Below, piece after piece: positions 61,116 to 64,000 of a stretch of 64,000 bases of DNA. The notes under the pieces are model-generated. The model saw nothing but the letters and a program-made list of their open reading frames with translations, made no database searches and had not been told where the DNA came from. Position numbers and translations under genes: made by a program. The first letter of the stretch is position 1, and each line of letters starts with the position of its first letter. Origin of the DNA: Macrostomum lignano (taxonomy: Eukaryota). The DNA is taken from contig NIVC01000184.1 of the NCBI GenBank assembly GCA_002269645.1, positions 558,001 through 622,000 on the forward strand, given 5' to 3'.

Positions 61116-61526
61116 CGTTCCCATCGGCATTGCGGTAGTACATCGCCAGACTGCCGCCGCTCATGATGCTCATGCTGTCGCAGCCAACAGAGATTGCGCT
61201 GCAGCCGGAAACTCGTCTGTCCTGCTGCTGCTGCTGCTGCAACGACGATGACAAACGCCTGCGAAAGCTGCCGCCGCGATGATCGGGCAGCTCGAGCCGA
61301 CTCCCAGGCCTCGGTGTAGTCGGAGATGTCATGGTGCCGGATTTTGCGCTAGACTGCTGCTGCTGGTCCGGGGAGCCGTTGATTTTGGTGGCAACAAGAG
61401 CGTCGCGAACCTCGGCGTCACAACCAGCGTCCTGCGCGTCCTCAGCTTCCGGTACAGCGTCGATGGTGACATCGATTGAGATGGATTGATTGCGCAATTC
61501 TTGTCTGGCAACGGCTGTTGCGGAGC
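61116..61526 (-). CDS. Candidate upstream exon (disordered, poly-Q, Ser-rich)
   Basis: Protein-like ORF bounded by gtAG and GTGAG, 411 nt, phase 1/1, compatible with the 54602 exon. Confidence 0.5.
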
Positions 61527-62444
61527 CTACGGTGTCGGGGGGGGGGGTTAAAATTATGAAATTTTGAATTAAGCAGATATAGACATTTTGACCCGACGCA
61601 AAATTGAGTATTCTTGAGCGTTTCTCAACATTTCTCAACATTCTTGTGCGGCGTTCCAAGTGGTCAAACTGATATTTTGCTTTAACGAATTCTTCATATT
61701 TAACTACATGGCAGAAAATAACGGCCTTGGAAAAGCAAAAACGTACCCATGACCAGGACAGAAAAATTGATAGAATTATCGTGACTGTAAAATAACAAAA
61801 AACAGCTTATTTGACAAAGCACTCAGCCAGTTAGAGGAAGTATTTGTAAATAATTTATGAAGCTTTTTACCAAAGTGAAGACAAGTCGGTCCTCTTGGCA
61901 CTGCCTTAATTTAAGCTCGACATCTTGCTTTTCACTTTCATCCTTCATACTCGAAATTGCTAGAGCTAAGGCTGGTGTGAAAATACGGAAAATCAACTAT
62001 AGGGGGCTCACAACTTATAAAATAGGGAGTTTTGTGGTCAATTTTAATTTTTTAGTAATGAAAGCATTCTAGCGAAGGATTTCTATTCATTCTTATTCAT
62101 CCTATTAAAGCATTTCTCGCGAGAGCCGAGACCCCACTGCCTCTTGGCGAACGACTAGCCTGAGCGGCCTAACCCGCGCCTGCTCAACCCCTTCTCATGC
62201 CACTTCCGCAGGTCCCAGATCACATCCCGGATCAGGGGCGCCCAGGCTGGCATGAGATCACGAGAATATAAAATATAGAAGAATGGAAAAAAGTAAAAAA
62301 AATATATATTGGAATGGCTTCGGGCCAGTCACGCACGCGACTGAGATGAGGCTGGCGACAAATTATATGCCTGACTTGCACTGCTCTGCTGGCACCCTTT
62401 CACCTGCTGTTTGCTTCCCGTCGGCCTGCAGTGCCTGCCTGTCT

Positions 62445-63972
<1,528 letters not shown>

Positions 63973-64000
63973 AGCCTAAGAGCTGCTGCTCAACTGAAGC

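Overview
Repeat-rich invertebrate animal DNA with GT-AG spliced genes. It is not prokaryotic: I found no CRISPR array, rRNA or true tRNA gene. The species cannot be determined from the sequence; a flatworm such as Macrostomum is only a guess from the repeat landscape. Two recognisable genes lie on the minus strand. The first is SMAD4/Medea, with three coding exons at 6780-6412, 5066-4491 and 1675-1388; the rest of MH2 lies off the window to the left. The second is an SLC4A11-like transporter, with 15 phase-consistent exons from 47734 to the stop at 33531 (781 aa) plus candidate upstream exons to about 61526. Between the two genes are: a head-to-tail trimer of a 3-kb non-autonomous Helitron (9639-18707); an unexplained CpG-rich island; a convergent pair of acidic orphan ORFs; a Gypsy integrase remnant; two copies of an RNase H-bearing LINE, each with an intact target-site duplication (TSD); a secreted PAN/C-type-lectin gene split by a hAT MITE; and an AP-1/MEF2/TATA module. 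The introns hold mariner derivatives, a foldback MITE, a tRNA-derived SINE family and many satellites. Most long ORFs in the supplied track are artefacts of simple repeats. No single clearly new system stands out. The best leads are the mosaic Helitron trimer, the MITE-split lectin, the DNA-binding-domain-only mariner in SMAD4 and the acidic orphan pair. All coordinates were counted by hand.
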